Source: an uncultured delta proteobacterium
Lineage (GTDB): Bacteria > Myxococcota_A > Polyangia > Polyangiales > Polyangiaceae
DNA: 64,000 nt
Reading direction: 5' to 3'
Assembly (NCBI GenBank): GCA_963716725.1
Contig: CAVQUB010000005.1
Location: 704,001 to 768,000 of the forward strand
In this document: in pieces, positions 59,705 to 64,000 of the stretch
Layout of the letters: every line of letters begins with the position of its first letter
How positions within the stretch are numbered: position 1 is the stretch's first letter
Notes under the pieces: generated by a model
What the model saw: the letters and a program-made list of their open reading frames with translations, nothing else
The model's database searches: none
Told to the model about the DNA's origin: nothing
Position numbers and translations under genes: made by a program

Positions 59705-60664
59705 ATGGCGCGTTCGGATCTTCTCCTCAATCTCGTCCGAGCAGGGTCCCTTGGGGACCAGGTCGGCTTTCGGCGCACGGTCGAGGCGCTGATCGCAGAG
59801 GAGCGAGAACGCCAGCATCACGTCGTCGCGGACCGGCTCGTGGAGTACCTTGCGAACAAGGGCAATGGTGCGCGTGGCCCGTCCGCAGATGCGCCCGTCG
59901 GCTCCTACGACGAACGGCATCCGGAGCGCGTCCTGGCCGACCTCGTTCTTCCCGAAACCGTCTCCAACGCGTGCACGGAGCTTGTCGAGGAACAACAGCG
60001 TGCGGACCTGCTTCGGTCGCATGCGATCGAGCCTCGCCACCGGATCCTTCTTGCGGGTCCCCCCGGCAACGGGAAGACGTCTCTCGCGGAGGCGCTGGCT
60101 GGCGAGCTCGCGTTGCCCTTGCTCGTCGTTCGCTACGACGGCGTGATCGGGAGCTTTCTCGGGGAGACTGCCGTTCGGTTGGCGCGTCTCATGGAGCACG
60201 TTCGGTCTCGTCGCTGCGTCGTCTTCTTCGACGAGTTCGACGCGATTGGGAAAGAGCGTGGAGACGAGCACGAGACGGGGGAGATCAAGCGCGTGGTGAG
60301 CTCGCTTCTGCTCAACATCGACGCACTCCCCTCGTACGTCGTCGTGGTGACGGCCACCAATCATCCCGAACTCCTCGACCGCGCGGTGTGGCGTCGGTTC
60401 CAGCTTCGCTTGGAGCTCCCGCCGCCGAACCGAGAGGCCATTGCCGAGTGGCTCCGAAGGTTCGAACAGCGAAGTGCCCTAAAGTTGGGGCTCACGGCAA
60501 AGCAAATCGACGAGCATCTCACCCGCCTCAGTTTCGCGGAGCTCGAGGAGTTCTGCACCGACGTTCTTCGACGCCTCGTGCTGCAGGGCGCGAAGCGCGA
60601 CGCGAAGTCCGTGGTGGCATCGCGCCTGTCGCAGCTGTCGGCTCGGTTTCAGGTTCGGAAGTAG
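59705..60664 (+). CDS. ietA: AAA+ ATPase of an IetAS-type system
   Basis: GPPGNGKT, FFDEFD, GEIKRVV, ATNHPELLDRAVWRRF; directly upstream of an S8 protease. Confidence 0.88.
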   Translation: MARSDLLLNLVRAGSLGDQVGFRRTVEALIAEERERQHHVVADRLVEYLANKGNGARGPSADAPVGSYDERHPERVLADLVLPETVSNACTELVEEQQRADLLRSHAIEPRHRILLAGPPGNGKTSLAEALAGELALPLLVVRYDGVIGSFLGETAVRLARLMEHVRSRRCVVFFDEFDAIGKERGDEHETGEIKRVVSSLLLNIDALPSYVVVVTATNHPELLDRAVWRRFQLRLELPPPNREAIAEWLRRFEQRSALKLGLTAKQIDEHLTRLSFAELEEFCTDVLRRLVLQGAKRDAKSVVASRLSQLSARFQVRK

Positions 60665-60667
60665 GAG

Positions 60668-63226
60668 ATGCCGTCGCCGTCGCGACCGCTTCTCATTTCG
60701 CCGCCGGGGTCGAGGCAAGCCTTCACTCCGCAACCGCCGCGGGGCGGCGGACCAAGCAATCCAAAGAAGGCGCGGCAGGTCGAGCTCCTTGCGCCGAAGT
60801 TCACTGAGCTGCAGCAGGCGCTCGCCGCACGTCGGGGTGCGCTTCGGGGCGACGCAGCAGGGGTGGCTCTCGAGCAGGTGCTGGTGTTCGAGACGAACGG
60901 TCCCGTGAAAGACCTTTGCGACACGGTTGCGAAGACGCCCGGTCTCGAATGGATGGCCGACGAGGACGTCCGCGACCTCGCGCCCGACGAGGACTTCTTC
61001 GTCGCAGACAAACCTGACAAGCTGGTCAACGCGCAGCTCTACCTCGTGCTCTTCAACCAACAGGCGGTGGAGCAGCTGTTGTCCCTTTGGCGCTTGTGGA
61101 GCACCAATGCTCGGCTGCCGGAGGAGCACCGCGGCTGGCTCGACGTCTTCCGACGGTTGCGCGACATCCGGCGCTGGGGCGTTCGCGATCGCCTCGAGGA
61201 GACCGGCGTCCTCGCCTACTGGCGCGATCGTGTCGAAGCCGGCTTCGAGACCGTCGGTGTCGAGATCGACCTCTGGTTTCGGCAGACCGAGCAGCGGTCG
61301 ATGGCGGAGGGGCGCATTCGCGATTTCGTCACGCGCGCGAACGGCCAGGTCCTGGCGAGCTGCAGGATCGACGAGATCGCGTACCACTCGCTCGTGTGCA
61401 AGCTCCCAATCGCGGCGGTCCAGGGCATGCTCGACAACCCCGAGGTCGAGCTTCTGCAGTGTGACGAGGTTCGTCTTGTTCGTCCCATTGGACAGGTCGG
61501 CGCCCCCATCGTCGCGGACGAGCCGGAGCAAGAGGAAGAAGCCGGTGGAGGCCAGGAAAGCGAGCTCAGCGATCCTCTCGTCGCACTCCTGGATGGCCTG
61601 CCGCTAGAGAACCACCGACGGCTTGCCGGCCGCCTCGTGGTCGACGACCCAGACGAATGGGCTGAGACCTACCCCGTGGCGAGCCGCTGTCACGGCACGG
61701 CGATGGCGTCGCTGATCCTGCACGGCGACCTGGGCGCGAGCGAGGAGCCCGCGCGCCAACGTCTTTACGTTCGGCCGATCCTGCGCCCGGACAGCTTTGG
61801 CGGACGATCGGAGCAAGCGCCCGAGGATCGCTCTTGGGTCGATCTGATCCATCGAGCGGTTCGCCGCGTGGTTGCGGGTGACGGGAACCTGCCCCCAGCC
61901 GCGCCGTCGGTGCGCGTGATCAGTCTGTCGGTCGGGGATCCATACCAGCCGTTCATCCGATCGATGAGCCCGCTCGCGAAACTGCTGGATTGGCTCTCGT
62001 GGCGGTATCGCGTCCTGTTCATCGTCAGTGCCGGAAATCATCGGGCGCCGATCATCGTTTCCGGACGCGCGGACGACGTGAAGCCTGAGACGATCGTCGC
62101 GGCTGTTGCCGGCGGGAAGCGACACCGTCGAATTTTGTCGCCGGCGGAGGCGGTGAATGCTCTCTCGGTCGGCGCGACCGCAGAGGACGCTAGCGGGACG
62201 TGGAAGCCCCGCGCTTCGAACGAACACGACCTTGCGCTGCCCGACGGACTCCCGAGTCCGATCAGCGGCCTGGGCCGCGGATATCGACGCGCCGTGAAGC
62301 CCGATGTTCTCGCGCCGGGCGGACGTGTCGTGTTCCTCGCCGGTGACGGCGCGAACGGCGAAACCCGGTTCGAGCTTGCCGAGCCGCGCCCACGTATCCC
62401 GCCCGGCCACCGGGTCGCCGCCCCGAGCGCAACGCAGGGCGACCTGTCCGGTGTTCGGTACTCGGCCGGAACCAGCAACGCGGCGGCGTTGGTCAGTCGA
62501 GCGGCGCTCCGCATCGCCGACGCACTACGAGACCTCGGCGAACAACCGAATGCGGCGCAGCTCGAACGAGTACCGATGGCGCTATGGCTGCGAACGCTCC
62601 TGGCCCACAGCGCGAGCTGGTCATCCGAAGCAAGCAAGCTGGCGGAGCGCGCCCTCCGAACGGAGAGCAACAAGCACACGTTCACCGACGAGGTGTCGGC
62701 GCTCCTCGGGTTCGGTACGATTCGTCCCGAGCGCGTGGTCACTTGCACGGAGGAGCGCGCCACCATCCTCGTAGGCGGCGACATCGCTGCGGACGAGCGA
62801 TACGTGCATCGCGTCCCGCTGCCACCGTCATTGAACGCGCACACGGCGTGGCGACGCCTCACCGTAACCCTGAGCTGGTTCTCACCCATCAACCCGACGC
62901 ATCGGAAGTATCGTCGCGCCGCCCTGTGGTTTGAGGCTCCCGGCCAGCGGGAATTGTTGGTGCAGCGTCGCGGTGTCGACTGGCAGGCCGTGAGGCGGGG
63001 GACGCTGCAGCATGAGGTCCTCGAGGGAGCCCGCGGAGCCATCAACATCCAAGCCGATGGCCATCTGGAGATCCCCGTGACGTGTCTCGCTGAAGCGGGC
63101 TTGCTCGACGAACGCCTCCCGTACGCGATGGCCGTTACGCTGGAGGTCGCTCCCGGCGTGAACACGAAGATCTACGACGAGGTTCGCGCACGCATTGCGC
63201 CGCGCGTGTCGGTCCGTCGCGCGTAG
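60668..63226 (+). CDS. ietS: S8 subtilisin-like peptidase of an IetAS-type system
   Basis: LLDG, HGTAMASL, SAGN and GTSNAA catalytic motifs; no signal peptide. Confidence 0.88.
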   Translation: MPSPSRPLLISPPGSRQAFTPQPPRGGGPSNPKKARQVELLAPKFTELQQALAARRGALRGDAAGVALEQVLVFETNGPVKDLCDTVAKTPGLEWMADEDVRDLAPDEDFFVADKPDKLVNAQLYLVLFNQQAVEQLLSLWRLWSTNARLPEEHRGWLDVFRRLRDIRRWGVRDRLEETGVLAYWRDRVEAGFETVGVEIDLWFRQTEQRSMAEGRIRDFVTRANGQVLASCRIDEIAYHSLVCKLPIAAVQGMLDNPEVELLQCDEVRLVRPIGQVGAPIVADEPEQEEEAGGGQESELSDPLVALLDGLPLENHRRLAGRLVVDDPDEWAETYPVASRCHGTAMASLILHGDLGASEEPARQRLYVRPILRPDSFGGRSEQAPEDRSWVDLIHRAVRRVVAGDGNLPPAAPSVRVISLSVGDPYQPFIRSMSPLAKLLDWLSWRYRVLFIVSAGNHRAPIIVSGRADDVKPETIVAAVAGGKRHRRILSPAEAVNALSVGATAEDASGTWKPRASNEHDLALPDGLPSPISGLGRGYRRAVKPDVLAPGGRVVFLAGDGANGETRFELAEPRPRIPPGHRVAAPSATQGDLSGVRYSAGTSNAAALVSRAALRIADALRDLGEQPNAAQLERVPMALWLRTLLAHSASWSSEASKLAERALRTESNKHTFTDEVSALLGFGTIRPERVVTCTEERATILVGGDIAADERYVHRVPLPPSLNAHTAWRRLTVTLSWFSPINPTHRKYRRAALWFEAPGQRELLVQRRGVDWQAVRRGTLQHEVLEGARGAINIQADGHLEIPVTCLAEAGLLDERLPYAMAVTLEVAPGVNTKIYDEVRARIAPRVSVRRA

Positions 63227-63259
63227 GAGCGTCCAGCTGCCAAGACCGACCGAAGCTCA

Positions 63260-63320
63260 GGGCACGCGCCGCGGTTCGAGGTGCGTGATCAATGTGAGGC
63301 GGTTCTCGCTGATCGCTTCC
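63260..63320 (+). repeat. Intergenic repeat, partial module C
   Basis: TGATCAATGTGAGGCGGTTCTCGCTGATCGCTTCC matches the C 3' end. Confidence 0.8.
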
Positions 63321-63365
63321 GGATGTGCACAGTGGTCAGCGCCGACGGAACTGCACCAGGTGCCT

Positions 63366-63431
63366 CGCGGGCGCCTTGCCGAATCTCGCGCCCGCGCGGG
63401 CGGAGGGGACGCGTTGCTCCGCGCCCGATGC
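63366..63431 (+). repeat. Intergenic repeat, 3' half of module B
   Basis: Aligns without gaps to about 56652-56717, including GGAGGGGACGCGTTG. Confidence 0.8.
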
Positions 63432-64000
63432 ATGCTCGTTCCCGATGGCATGCCGCTGTGTCGTCCGCGACCGCGCTCGCTTCCACGACCGCCTCGTGAG
63501 CTTCCGAGCACACGGCTGCCGCCAGCGCCGCGGCCGGGCCCCGCCCAAGCGGCGCACGAGGCGCGCCAAGCACTTTGGTTTCACCGATGGGTGTCTCGAC
63601 GCCGCGGCGCACGCGCGTCGCAAGCGCCACGCAGCCCCCCCAATGTTGGTCAGCTTGGCGCTCGGCGCTGCCGCGGCCGAGGCAGCCGTGCTCATCGGGC
63701 GAGCCATCGCGCGTCTTCGGCGGCCTGCGGGCACTCGACTCCAGTCTTGACCGATGTCATATTGTTCGGGAGTTTTGCGGAGTACATTGATCGGACAATG
63801 AGGTCCACCGACAGTGCCGGGCGTGCCCCCCCCCCATCCTCTATGGCCCGGAATACGGCGGGAATGGCGGGAATGCAGGACCACAAGGATGGCTGATCCG
63901 GGTTGGGTACGACACCTACAACCTCGGCTCGGTCGTACCTTAGGGCGCGGCCATCGCGTCGAGAGGTGCGGCATGGCAGATGACCTGGGCCATCGCAGGG

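Noticed and set aside
54840..63431. Integron attC array or CRISPR interpretation of the island repeats
   Set aside because: A GTT is conserved at the end of B, but there is no GTTRRRY with a complementary RYYYAAC box and no integrase. Repeat and spacer lengths are far from CRISPR, and no cas genes are present.
59185..63830. Shared 14-mer GCCGGGCGTGCCCC at about 59185 and 63816
   Set aside because: Short GC-rich match expected by chance in this composition.

Overview
GC-rich window (about 70% by eye) with typical myxobacterial content (Myxococcota, Polyangiales-like): lipoproteins with Gly-rich linkers, Cys-rich repeat proteins, a MYXO-CTERM-like tail and a kinase/PEGA module. From left to right: (1) class II aldolase, RND efflux pair, PNGase F-like lipoprotein and a large fibro-slime/Cys-repeat protein (1-12.4 kb); (2) an accessory block of decayed IS91-, IS4- and IS21-family pieces around three secreted proteins, then a NERD-helicase and GGCT (12.4-22 kb); (3) surface and signalling genes (22-32 kb); (4) a metal/redox cluster with cupin, methyltransferase, Fur, three DUF2249 proteins, DUF59, a membrane protein, a sigma54 activator, a Cys-less HesB-rhodanese, dihaem cytochrome c, a DprE1/DprE2-like pair and DUF3079. 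This cluster has two matching palindromic operators and three sigma54 -24/-12 motifs (32-43 kb); (5) a hybrid kinase, a GDPD operon and a beta-helix protein (43-52.4 kb); (6) a variable island (52.9-63.4 kb) whose cargo (LRR, FGE, lipoproteins, orphan antitoxin-like gene, IetAS-type AAA+/S8 pair) is punctuated by a same-orientation, three-module intergenic repeat family. That repeat array is the most unusual signal here. Several genes carry single-base frameshifts that may be long-read assembly errors. No tRNA, rRNA, CRISPR array or integrase was recognised. All family calls come from motif recognition by eye, not database searches.
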